Part shown: positions 20,454-29,311 of the stretch, piece by piece
Layout of the letters: every line of letters starts with the position of its first letter
Numbering within the stretch: position 1 is the stretch's first letter
IMG/VR virus record: IMGVR_UViG_3300044991_001466
Source: a virus
Lineage: Duplodnaviria > Caudoviricetes
Direction: 5' to 3' (one strand)
Length of the DNA: 64,000 nucleotides
Made by a program: the position numbers and the translations under genes
The notes under the pieces: model-generated
Told to the model about the DNA's origin: nothing
Seen by the model: the letters and a program-made list of their open reading frames with translations, nothing else
Database searches by the model: none

Positions 20454-22782
20454 TCCTTTTATTAAAGTTACGTGGCAGGATGTTCCTGAAAATTTCACCC
20501 CTGAGAAAATCAGAAGGGTGAAATCTTATTTTGAGAAAAAGTATGGTGCGAAGTCAGTTCAAGTTATTACTAAAACATTGGCCAACGTAAATCAAACACG
20601 TTTAGAATCCTTAGAGGCATCTGATAATATTTTAGACCATCAGTATCAAAAGAAACTGATGAAAGATTTCCTTAGAGATAACAACATTGTTATTAAAGAG
20701 GAACTGATGGAAAGACTAGATAATAAAGTCAACACTCAAATAGATAAGTTAAATGAAAATAAAGTTAGATATAACAAATGGTACATCAAGAAAGTTGAAT
20801 TCTCAAACTTTTTATCATTTGGTGATAATAATGTTATTGATTTTACAGGTTTGGACGGCATTACTGTAATTGAATCCACACCCAAAAATTTTGGTGGTAA
20901 ATCAACATCATCAGTTGACCTTTTAATGTTCTTATTTTTTAATGCAACAACCAAAACTAAAACCAACGGTGAAATCTTTAACAGATTTACAGATAAAAAT
21001 GAGGTAAGTGTTCGAGGTGAAATTACTATTGACGGAGAAGATTATGTAATTGAAAGAAAGACTTCTCGTAAAATGAGTAAGTCGGGTGAATATACAATTA
21101 AAAACGAATTAGAATTCTTTAAGAAAGATGAAGATGGGACTATCGTCAATTTATCTGGTGAACAAAGAAGGGAAACCGAAGCGTTTATAACTTCAGCAAT
21201 TGGAACCCAAGAAGATTTCTTGTCAACCATTTTAACAACAGGATATAATTTAGAAGAGTTAATTGAATCTAAACCAACTGCTCGTGGACAAATTTTAACA
21301 AAGTTCATGGGATTAGAAAGTCTTAAATTAAAAGAGGAAATTGCTAAAGAAATTTTCAACGATTGGAGTAAAAAATTAATTTCTAACACACACGACAAAG
21401 TTAATTTAGAATCTGATAATCAAACATATAAAGAAAGTATCACTAACTCCGAAAGTGATATTGTTAGATTAACAAAAGACTTAGGTAAGTTTGAAAAGGA
21501 TTTAGAAAAGTTAGAAAAGAAAAGAGACGAAGTATTCTTAAAAAGAAACAATGATGTTGATAAAGAATTATTGAATACAAACCCAACTTTATTACAAAGA
21601 GAAGTTACTTTTTTATTAACTCAAAAAAACGTAAGTCAAACAAACGCGGATAATATTTCAGTTATAGAACCATCACAATATTATCATGAGGACCAACACA
21701 AAGAGTTAAGAGGTGAGATGGCCAATCTTCAAGGAATTGATGTTGTATGCAAACACGAAAAAAGTGACAGAGAAAAACTAATAAAGAAATTTGAAGAAGG
21801 GACAGTTTGTCCAACTTGTAATAGAGCGTTAGATGAGGTAGACCACACAGATGAAATCAATAAAATTAAAAAAGAAATTGAAGACATCATCAAGTCAATG
21901 GAAGAAAATCAAATTCAATTTGATTTATTAAAAGAACAATCCGAATCGTTTGACACATTAAAGACTGAGTTTGAAACTTACGAAAAGAATAAACTTCGTA
22001 AAGAAAGATATGAATTGGAGGTTGAACAAAAACAACTTGAGATTGATACTAAACAAACAAGACTAGATAATTACGAAAGTAATAAAAAGAAACTTGAGGA
22101 TAATCAAAAAATAGATGCTGAAGTAATATCCCTTAAGACTAAAATTGAAACGGCAAACGGAGACATAAGACAAACAAATACTAACATTGAAAAACATACC
22201 AACAATATCACTAACATGAATGATAAGATTGGTATCAATGAAGAGTTGATTAAAAAAATAACAGCCGAAGAAGAGTTGTTGTCTGTGTTTAAAATATACC
22301 TAACTGTTTATGGTAAGAATGGTATTTCAAAAATCATACTTAAAAATATGGTACCGTTAATCAACCAAGAGTTATATCGTTTGTTAGTGGATAGTTGTCA
22401 TTTCATTTTAGAGATGAATATAAACGATAAGAACGAGGTTGAATTTATAATGATAGATACTGAGACACGAATTGTTAAACCTCTTAATGCGGGGTCTGGT
22501 TACGAAAGAACCATATCCTCTTTAGCACTTCGTAGTGTGTTAACTAAAATTTCATCATTACCTAAACCAAACATTGTGGTAATGGATGAAGTATTTGGTA
22601 AGATAGCGGATGAGAACTTAGAAATGGTAGGGGAATTCTTTAAGAAAATTAAAAATTACTTTGACCACATACTTGTTATATCACACAATTCTTTAATACG
22701 CAACTGGTCAGATAATATTATCATGATTAAGAAAGAAGAAAACGTTTCATCAATAGATTTTATCACTACCAAGATTTCTTAA
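20446..22782 (+). CDS. sbcC: SbcC/Rad50 (T4 gp46-like) ATPase with ~110-aa N-terminal extension
   Basis: Walker A NFGGKST, Zn-hook CPTC, signature GSGYE, Walker B VVMDEVFG, H-loop VISH, and long coiled coils. Confidence 0.85.
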   Translation: MSNPFIKVTWQDVPENFTPEKIRRVKSYFEKKYGAKSVQVITKTLANVNQTRLESLEASDNILDHQYQKKLMKDFLRDNNIVIKEELMERLDNKVNTQIDKLNENKVRYNKWYIKKVEFSNFLSFGDNNVIDFTGLDGITVIESTPKNFGGKSTSSVDLLMFLFFNATTKTKTNGEIFNRFTDKNEVSVRGEITIDGEDYVIERKTSRKMSKSGEYTIKNELEFFKKDEDGTIVNLSGEQRRETEAFITSAIGTQEDFLSTILTTGYNLEELIESKPTARGQILTKFMGLESLKLKEEIAKEIFNDWSKKLISNTHDKVNLESDNQTYKESITNSESDIVRLTKDLGKFEKDLEKLEKKRDEVFLKRNNDVDKELLNTNPTLLQREVTFLLTQKNVSQTNADNISVIEPSQYYHEDQHKELRGEMANLQGIDVVCKHEKSDREKLIKKFEEGTVCPTCNRALDEVDHTDEINKIKKEIEDIIKSMEENQIQFDLLKEQSESFDTLKTEFETYEKNKLRKERYELEVEQKQLEIDTKQTRLDNYESNKKKLEDNQKIDAEVISLKTKIETANGDIRQTNTNIEKHTNNITNMNDKIGINEELIKKITAEEELLSVFKIYLTVYGKNGISKIILKNMVPLINQELYRLLVDSCHFILEMNINDKNEVEFIMIDTETRIVKPLNAGSGYERTISSLALRSVLTKISSLPKPNIVVMDEVFGKIADENLEMVGEFFKKIKNYFDHILVISHNSLIRNWSDNIIMIKKEENVSSIDFITTKIS

Positions 22783-23580
22783 TTTTAAAATATAATCTTT
22801 AAGACCATTTTCTAAATTCCATTTAGATTTCCAACCAAACATCCATTTATGTGGTTTACTTTCAGTATGGAATTGATATCCATTAGGAATATCTTTTTCA
22901 TCATGATATGTGTATGGTATGTTTAAATTATCTAACACATCTTCAAAGGTTCTTGCAACACCATTACCAACTTCATACCAATCACCTGCGTTTTCTTTGT
23001 AATTTTCCATTGCAAATATGTTGGCACTTATAATGTCTTTTACATAAACAAAATCTCGTTTAGGTTTAAGTGGAAATAATTTAATTTCCAAACCTTCTTC
23101 TTGTTTTTGTAACATTTGATATGCAACTGAAGCCATCTTTCCTTTATTATGTTCTAAAGGACCATAGACATTAAAATAACGTAAAGCAATCCCACCATTT
23201 TTAATTACTAATTGTTCCGCAACGTACTTACTCCAACCATATAGGTTAGATGGGTGTATACCATTAGTTCCGTAATTTGCTGCTGACGATGAATATATGA
23301 GTTTACTGTTCATTGTGTTTGACCATTCAGATAAACAACGTGTAAATTCGTAGTTTCTGGTCATCATATAATTGACATCTGTTTCCAAAGTATCGGAACA
23401 AGCACCTACGTGAAATATGACATCAGGGACAAAATCGTCTAATAAATCAAATATTTCATCATACCATTTAGGTAGGTCAAAAATGTCTTCATTTATTTCT
23501 AAAATTACATGGTTATTTACAAGTTCATTTAATAGGTTTTTTCCAATAAAACCATTTGTTCCTGTTATTAAAATTCTCAT
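22750..23580 (-). CDS. hldD: ADP-L-glycero-D-manno-heptose 6-epimerase-like SDR
   Basis: ITGTNGFIG, HVGACSDT, YSSSAANYG, NLYGWSK and LRYFNVYGP.E..KGKMASV are diagnostic of RfaD/HldD. Confidence 0.8.
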   Translation of the reverse strand: MRILITGTNGFIGKNLLNELVNNHVILEINEDIFDLPKWYDEIFDLLDDFVPDVIFHVGACSDTLETDVNYMMTRNYEFTRCLSEWSNTMNSKLIYSSSAANYGTNGIHPSNLYGWSKYVAEQLVIKNGGIALRYFNVYGPLEHNKGKMASVAYQMLQKQEEGLEIKLFPLKPKRDFVYVKDIISANIFAMENYKENAGDWYEVGNGVARTFEDVLDNLNIPYTYHDEKDIPNGYQFHTESKPHKWMFGWKSKWNLENGLKDYILKLRNLGSDKIY

Positions 23581-23581
23581 A

Positions 23582-24346
23582 TTATTTTTTTTTTCTAATT
23601 ATTGGAACACTAACACCTCTTTTTTGAACAACGATAGATGCCATTTCATTTGCGTATATTATTGACTCCTCAATATTTTTTGTTTCTAAATATTTTACGG
23701 TAAATGATGCGGTAAAAGTATCACCAGCACCACTCACATCAATGGTTTCACGTGGATCAGGTGATGGATATATATTATCCATATATTTTGCACCTTTTGA
23801 ACCTAACGTTACAATTAACTTATTTGGATAAAGTTTCTTAACATCATCACTAAAATTACGATACTCATGTTCATTTAATTTAATAAAATTAAAATTAGAT
23901 ACGAGGTCAGGTGAGATTTGTTTTTTTGTATCCATAACAATAAAACGAGAATGATAAGCAATCTCTAATAGTAATTTTTCATTTAAAAATCCTTTATTAT
24001 AATCACTCACAATAATTGCATCCGAATCTTTTATCTCATCGATGACACTATCAGTTAATTCCAAGGGTGTAATTGTCTCCTCACCCTCATCAACCCTAAT
24101 AAACATGTGGTTAGATTTATCGTCCACATATCTTGTTTTCTTAATTGGTTGAAATTGATGTATATGTTTTATTATAATATCATAGTTTAACGATTTCAAA
24201 TTTTCAATTACATTCCCACCCATTCCAAAATTTCTCTCCACGTATAATGGATTAAAAACGGGGACAGGAGCTTCAGGACTTAATCTTTTAGTTTCACCAT
24301 ATACGAATATATCCGTACATATCTCACCTATTACAGTTATTTTCAT
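23582..24346 (-). CDS. hldE: PfkB-family heptose-7-phosphate kinase (HldE/RfaE kinase domain only)
   Basis: VIGE...D...G...RLSPEAPVPV, VSDYNKG and DVSGAGDTF motifs; no adenylyltransferase domain. Confidence 0.8.
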   Translation of the reverse strand: MKITVIGEICTDIFVYGETKRLSPEAPVPVFNPLYVERNFGMGGNVIENLKSLNYDIIIKHIHQFQPIKKTRYVDDKSNHMFIRVDEGEETITPLELTDSVIDEIKDSDAIIVSDYNKGFLNEKLLLEIAYHSRFIVMDTKKQISPDLVSNFNFIKLNEHEYRNFSDDVKKLYPNKLIVTLGSKGAKYMDNIYPSPDPRETIDVSGAGDTFTASFTVKYLETKNIEESIIYANEMASIVVQKRGVSVPIIRKKK

Positions 24347-24404
24347 AATAAAATATAAAATAAATAATTAACAGTTTCAATTTTTTATTCTAAATAAAAT
24401 TCCA

Positions 24405-24412
24405 TATATTTG
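24405..24412 (+). promoter_or_regulatory. Bacteroidota-type -7 promoter element (TAnnTTTG) upstream of clpP
   Basis: Exact TATATTTG, 21 nt before the ATG at 24434. Confidence 0.45.
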
Positions 24413-24433
24413 TCACATACAAATAAACTTATT

Positions 24434-25108
24434 ATGACACCAAAAGATTATCAAAGTTTCGGTCTTTACGCTAAAGATCAAGGGATTAGTTCGTTAAAGT
24501 TACATCACTACAATAAACGGATTGAGGATAGTCTAACCCCCTATATATTAGAGGAAAGACAAATGAATGTAACCATTATGGATGTGTTTTCACGTTTAAT
24601 GATGGAACGAATTATATGGGTTGCTGGTGGGGTTGATGACCATATGTCAACAATCTGTCAAGCACAATTAATGTTTTTAGATAGTTTAGATAATAATGAC
24701 ATTACAATGCACATCGATTCTCCGGGTGGTAGTGTTAAGTCTGGGTTATCTATTGTAGATGTTATGGATTATATCTCATCGGATATTAGAACCATTAACA
24801 CAGGGATGGCGGCATCAATGGGTTCGGTTTTATTAGGTGCGGGAACTAAAGGAAAAAGAGGTTCTTTAAGATTTTCACAAACCATGTTACATCAATCTTC
24901 AGGTGGGGCAGTCGGTAATATCCAAGACGCTGAAATTAGTATGGTTGAGTGGAGAAAGGTAAATGACACCTTATTTACCCTTTTAGGTGAGTATTGTGGT
25001 AAAACAGCCGAACAGGTTAAAACTGATGCAACTAGAGATTTATGGTTAAATGCGGAGGATGCACTTTCATATGGTATTATTGACGAAATAGTTAAGAAAA
25101 AGAAATAA
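24434..25108 (+). CDS. clpP: ATP-dependent Clp protease proteolytic subunit (Bacteroidota-type)
   Basis: YILEERQMNVTIMDVFSRLMMERII; catalytic GMAASMG, HQ and D motifs. The ATG at 24434 is preferred to the ORF-track start at 24410. Confidence 0.9.
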   Translation: MTPKDYQSFGLYAKDQGISSLKLHHYNKRIEDSLTPYILEERQMNVTIMDVFSRLMMERIIWVAGGVDDHMSTICQAQLMFLDSLDNNDITMHIDSPGGSVKSGLSIVDVMDYISSDIRTINTGMAASMGSVLLGAGTKGKRGSLRFSQTMLHQSSGGAVGNIQDAEISMVEWRKVNDTLFTLLGEYCGKTAEQVKTDATRDLWLNAEDALSYGIIDEIVKKKK

Positions 25109-25111
25109 GTA

Positions 25112-25133
25112 AAAGGGAACAAAAGTTCCCTTT
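25112..25133 (+). terminator. hairpin terminator after clpP
   Basis: AAAGGGAAC-AAAA-GTTCCCTTT perfect stem-loop. Confidence 0.6.
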
Positions 25134-25159
25134 CTTCATATTTATAATAAACACATAAT

Positions 25160-25495
25160 ATGAAGATTGATAAAACAAACGTACTATTAGTTTTAATCGC
25201 TTGTTTGGCCGCATACACAATATTTCAGAATCAAGGTATAAAAACCGACGTTGCTGGTTATAATGCGAAAATTGAATCCCTACAAAAAGAGATAGATTCG
25301 GTTTATGTTGCAAACAAAAAGATTGATAATCAAATTGAAAAGGTTGATAACCACATCGTTAACGTAGATAAAGAAATTGACAATGTGACTAAAAACATAA
25401 CTATTATTAAAAACAACACAGATGAAAAAGTTAATTCTATTACTACTATTGGTAATGTCGAGCTTGAGCAGTTATTCACAAACAGATACAACTAA
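25160..25495 (+). CDS. membrane-anchored coiled-coil protein
   Basis: N-terminal hydrophobic helix followed by a heptad-like region. Confidence 0.6.
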   Translation: MKIDKTNVLLVLIACLAAYTIFQNQGIKTDVAGYNAKIESLQKEIDSVYVANKKIDNQIEKVDNHIVNVDKEIDNVTKNITIIKNNTDEKVNSITTIGNVELEQLFTNRYN

Positions 25496-25847
25496 AATTA
25501 TCGTTTCTGATACAAATAAGGTCACCTTACCAACAAGAGTTGCTAGATTAGCATTTCAAGATTTACTTCGTTACGACGGTGCCAAATTAGAGATTAATGA
25601 GTTAAATAAGGTAATAACACTTAAAGACGAACAAATTGGTTTGTTTAAACAAAAAGATTCATTAAAGGACCAAAAAATTGGAAATTTAGAATTAATCATC
25701 AATAAAAAAGATGAACAATTTGGATTAGAAAGACAAAAATCTGAAAGTTTATTAAAAGAACTTAAAGGTCAAAGAGCTAAAACATTCCTTTATAAAGTTG
25801 GGTCCTTTGTTGGAATAATTGCAACTTCATTATATCTTCTTAAGTAA
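25422..25847 (+). CDS. secreted/membrane coiled-coil protein
   Basis: Signal peptide MKKLILLLLLVMSSLSSYSQ; C-terminal hydrophobic segment; overlaps the upstream gene by 74 nt. Confidence 0.6.
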   Translation: MKKLILLLLLVMSSLSSYSQTDTTKIIVSDTNKVTLPTRVARLAFQDLLRYDGAKLEINELNKVITLKDEQIGLFKQKDSLKDQKIGNLELIINKKDEQFGLERQKSESLLKELKGQRAKTFLYKVGSFVGIIATSLYLLK

Positions 25848-25849
25848 AG

Positions 25850-26497
25850 ATGAAAAAATATTTAAACGTCAAGAATTTTACGATTGTTATTCTGATAATA
25901 CTATTATTCTTGGCATTTTTTAATCCAGGAGGATACCTACCTAATAGGACAAATATAATGGTTGATTCAATACCATATGCGGTTCATGATACCATCTCTG
26001 TTGATAATTTAGTTGAGGTTGAAGTAGAAGTCGAGGTTCCTGTTGAGGTTGAAGTTGAGAAAAGGGTTGAGGTACCCGTTCTAACTCCTGTTGATACTAA
26101 TGAAATATTGAAAGTTTATTTTGCAAAAATCCAACACAAGGAAGTATTAACGTTACCTAACAATCAAGGGATTGTAACTATAACTGACACAATTTCGAAA
26201 AACAACATAGTCAATCGTAAGTTTATTGCAGATATAAAACGTATGATTGTTAAAGATACTATCTACACACAAATACCAAGAAAAACTGAGGCTTATTTAG
26301 GTATTGATGCTAAATTTGATAAACCTAATGTTGTGAATATCATTGGATTGAGCATGTTATTTAAAAATAAAGATGATAATCACATGTATAGATTGGGTGT
26401 CGGGGTCACAAATAGAACTGATGACCAAGGAAGTACAGGTAAATTAACACCGTTTATTGGAGGGGGAGTTTATTGGAAAGTTAAATTAAGAAAGTAA
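25850..26497 (+). CDS. membrane-anchored protein with beta-rich C-terminus
   Basis: N-terminal TM helix, VEVEV repeat, and an aromatic-terminated beta-strand end (GGGVYWKVKLRK). Confidence 0.55.
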   Translation: MKKYLNVKNFTIVILIILLFLAFFNPGGYLPNRTNIMVDSIPYAVHDTISVDNLVEVEVEVEVPVEVEVEKRVEVPVLTPVDTNEILKVYFAKIQHKEVLTLPNNQGIVTITDTISKNNIVNRKFIADIKRMIVKDTIYTQIPRKTEAYLGIDAKFDKPNVVNIIGLSMLFKNKDDNHMYRLGVGVTNRTDDQGSTGKLTPFIGGGVYWKVKLRK

Positions 26498-26521
26498 TTC
26501 ACCAACCAATATTTTATTTAA

Positions 26522-26962
26522 ATGAAGACATATATTTTATTCATATTTGGAATGTTCGACGACCATGAAGATATTGAATTTTTCTGTACCCAAGTTCTTG
26601 CTGAAAGTAAAGTAATTGAATCTGTTAGGTTTGTAATTGAAAATTCCCAAAACATTATTGTCATTTTTGACTCAGAATTTGACCATAAAAACATATCAAA
26701 TGAACTTTTTGGTTTACTGATAAATGATAATATTAAATTTTACTTTATATTTGATAGGGAGAATTTAGTAACAGCACACTTACCTGCCGAGGTAAAAGAT
26801 TTTATATTTAAACCATCAAATGCTAATCACATAGTTAGAGTTGAATATGAAAAAACAAGTCCTATTTTGGATTTAGACCAACTACTTGAAAAAATAGAAG
26901 AATCAGGAATTGCTAGTTTAACTTCCGAAGAAAAAAAATTCTTAGATAATTTTGATAATTAA
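26522..26962 (+). CDS. hypothetical protein with DUF6576-like C-terminal motif
   Basis: LDQLLEKIEESGIASLTSEEKKFL resembles the LDKI...G..SLT.EEK.FL tail of Bacteroidota proteins. Confidence 0.5.
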   Translation: MKTYILFIFGMFDDHEDIEFFCTQVLAESKVIESVRFVIENSQNIIVIFDSEFDHKNISNELFGLLINDNIKFYFIFDRENLVTAHLPAEVKDFIFKPSNANHIVRVEYEKTSPILDLDQLLEKIEESGIASLTSEEKKFLDNFDN

Positions 26963-27006
26963 TCAAAAAATTCGTATCTTAGTCCTACACTAACAATAAC
27001 TTACCA

Positions 27007-27822
27007 ATGAAGAAATCCATCTTAGTCAACGCCGACGAACTAACAAACTACATCAAAGATTTACGTAAAATTCCTGTAATCACACACGAAAGACAGGAAA
27101 TTATTTTTAATTTGTTGAATAATAAAAATACAACAAAGGAAGATAAAAAGAAATTACATGATGAGTTAATTGTTGGTAATCTTAGATTTGTAATATCCGT
27201 ATCAAAAGCGTATCAAAATCAAGGGATGGATTTACTTGATATCATATCTGAAGGTAACATAGGATTAATTAAAGCGGCCGAAAGGTTTGACCCTACAAGT
27301 GGGTTAAAATTTATATCTTATGCGGTGTGGTGGGTTAGACAATCAATCATGGCATTTTTAAATGAAAATGCTAGAACAATTAGAATCCCTTCAAATTTAG
27401 TTCAAGAGGCTCAAAAGAATAAAAAATTAGATTTAAGCGACGAGGATAAATTCTACACAAATAATTCAGAAGAAAGTACACCAATAGGAACACAATTACC
27501 ATATTGTGTTGGTCTATATCGTGAAATTAATGAGGATGGGGACCAACTAATTGATGTAATTCCAAATAGAGAAGTTATAAGTCCTGATGAAATATTAAAC
27601 ACACCTGAAGAAATAAAAAAGAAAGTGTCTTTAATGTTGGGGGTTTTAGACGAAAGAGAAAAAACAATTATTGAAAAATATTACGGATTAACTGGTATAG
27701 AATCCAATTTAGAAGATTTGGGTGATGAATTTGGATGTACAAAAGAACGTATCCGACAACTAAGAGATAAAGCAATAAAGAAGCTCAGAAACGAGAGTTT
27801 TGGGTTATTAAACTATTTATAA
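27007..27822 (+). CDS. sigma-70 family RNA polymerase sigma factor (RpoD/RpoS-like)
   Basis: Region 2 NLRFVISVSK.YQNQG..L.D.ISEGNIGLIKAAERFDP..G.KFISYAVWWVRQSI; region 4 HTH ...TKERIRQL..KAIKKLR. Confidence 0.9.
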   Translation: MKKSILVNADELTNYIKDLRKIPVITHERQEIIFNLLNNKNTTKEDKKKLHDELIVGNLRFVISVSKAYQNQGMDLLDIISEGNIGLIKAAERFDPTSGLKFISYAVWWVRQSIMAFLNENARTIRIPSNLVQEAQKNKKLDLSDEDKFYTNNSEESTPIGTQLPYCVGLYREINEDGDQLIDVIPNREVISPDEILNTPEEIKKKVSLMLGVLDEREKTIIEKYYGLTGIESNLEDLGDEFGCTKERIRQLRDKAIKKLRNESFGLLNYL

Positions 27823-27834
27823 AAATATAACATT

Positions 27835-28128
27835 ATGAAAAAGTTAATCGAATTAATAAAAACATATAAACTACAGATACTGATTTTTTTAACAGTCATA
27901 TTCTTTTTTCGCTCTTGTAGTAATTCAAGTAAAGTGACTAAATTAGAAAAAATTGTAAAACAACAGGTTACCATTAATGATAGTCTTAAAATCACACATA
28001 AAAACGAAAAAATAGCAATTCACGGTTTTTATGATAATTGGATTACACAAAAAGATAGGGGACCACAGTTAATGGAACTACATTTCATTGTTAAAGAAAA
28101 ACTAAAAAAAGAACAAGAATCTAAATGA
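27835..28128 (+). CDS. putative lipoprotein/membrane protein
   Basis: Hydrophobic stretch ending FFFRSC (lipobox-like). Confidence 0.5.
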   Translation: MKKLIELIKTYKLQILIFLTVIFFFRSCSNSSKVTKLEKIVKQQVTINDSLKITHKNEKIAIHGFYDNWITQKDRGPQLMELHFIVKEKLKKEQESK

Positions 28129-29078
28129 AACATTGGTTAAACCAAAATTTTAAAACATTAATTATTGCTGCATTTTTGATTCCAATCATTACTGTGGCAA
28201 TTGTTTCTATTTCACACGTTACAAAATGGTATGGTATATCTAATCCTGTAAGTTGGGCTGTTTATTTGTCAATTGGAATTGAGATTGCCGCATTATCAGC
28301 ATTGGCAGCCATTTCCGCAAACATGGGTAAGAAAGTTTATTTTCCATTTGCGGTTGTGACATTAATTCAATTTATTGGTAACATATTTTTCGCATATACA
28401 TATATCGACATCAACGGACAATCATTTAAAGATTGGGTTGATTTGGTATCCCCATTAACAGAATTAATGGGAGTTGACCCCACAGATATGATAGGTAATA
28501 AAAGATTTTTGGCATTTTTTGCTGGAGGTATGTTACCAATCATTTCATTATCTTTTCTACATATGTTAGTTAAATTTACCGAAGAAGATAGATTAAAAGA
28601 GAATGGATTAATTCAAAATAAAGAACCTATATCTAATCCAGAAGAACTAAAAGATTTTGTTGATGAGACAACAAGAATACGTTTAAGTGAAAATGATTTA
28701 AAGAAACTTGAAGAAGTGTTATTAAATCCACCCCCACCAAATGATGAATTAAAGAAGGCGGCGGAAGAATATAAAAGACGTGGAGAGTTATTGGCGGAGA
28801 TAATGAAGAATGATGAAGAATTGGGTTTATATAACGAACCATTTGATAATCCATTAATTAAAGTAGAAGAAATTCATCAAATAAATGAAGATAGTGGAAA
28901 AAATTCATCAAACAAGGAAGAATCTGAAGTTATAGTGGAAAATAAAACACTAACCGCTAAATTAGGGGAACTTAAAAAAAACGGGTATAAGGTCAGTCAA
29001 CTTGAAGAAGAAGATATAACACCTGAAACTACAATTGAAACTACGTTACCTGAAAAGGAAGACGAAAAAAAAAAATAA
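28125..29078 (+). CDS. multi-pass membrane protein with acidic cytoplasmic tail
   Basis: About four hydrophobic helices, then a Glu/Lys-rich tail ending on an A11 run. Confidence 0.65.
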   Translation: MKHWLNQNFKTLIIAAFLIPIITVAIVSISHVTKWYGISNPVSWAVYLSIGIEIAALSALAAISANMGKKVYFPFAVVTLIQFIGNIFFAYTYIDINGQSFKDWVDLVSPLTELMGVDPTDMIGNKRFLAFFAGGMLPIISLSFLHMLVKFTEEDRLKENGLIQNKEPISNPEELKDFVDETTRIRLSENDLKKLEEVLLNPPPPNDELKKAAEEYKRRGELLAEIMKNDEELGLYNEPFDNPLIKVEEIHQINEDSGKNSSNKEESEVIVENKTLTAKLGELKKNGYKVSQLEEEDITPETTIETTLPEKEDEKKK

Positions 29079-29311
29079 AAAGGTCAACATCCAAGAACCG
29101 CAAAAAAGAAATCTCAGAATTTCCAGAGATTTTTAATCTCAACCCTACTTTACAAAGTCAAGAAGAAGAATTATATTGGGAAAAGGACGATATTAATCCA
29201 AATCAAATAATATATGATTTGGAAAATAATAAAACCATAATCCCAACTTCCGATGAAGAATTAATTGGACCATCAACGGATGATAATTAGTTTTAAATTT
29301 TGATATATTAA

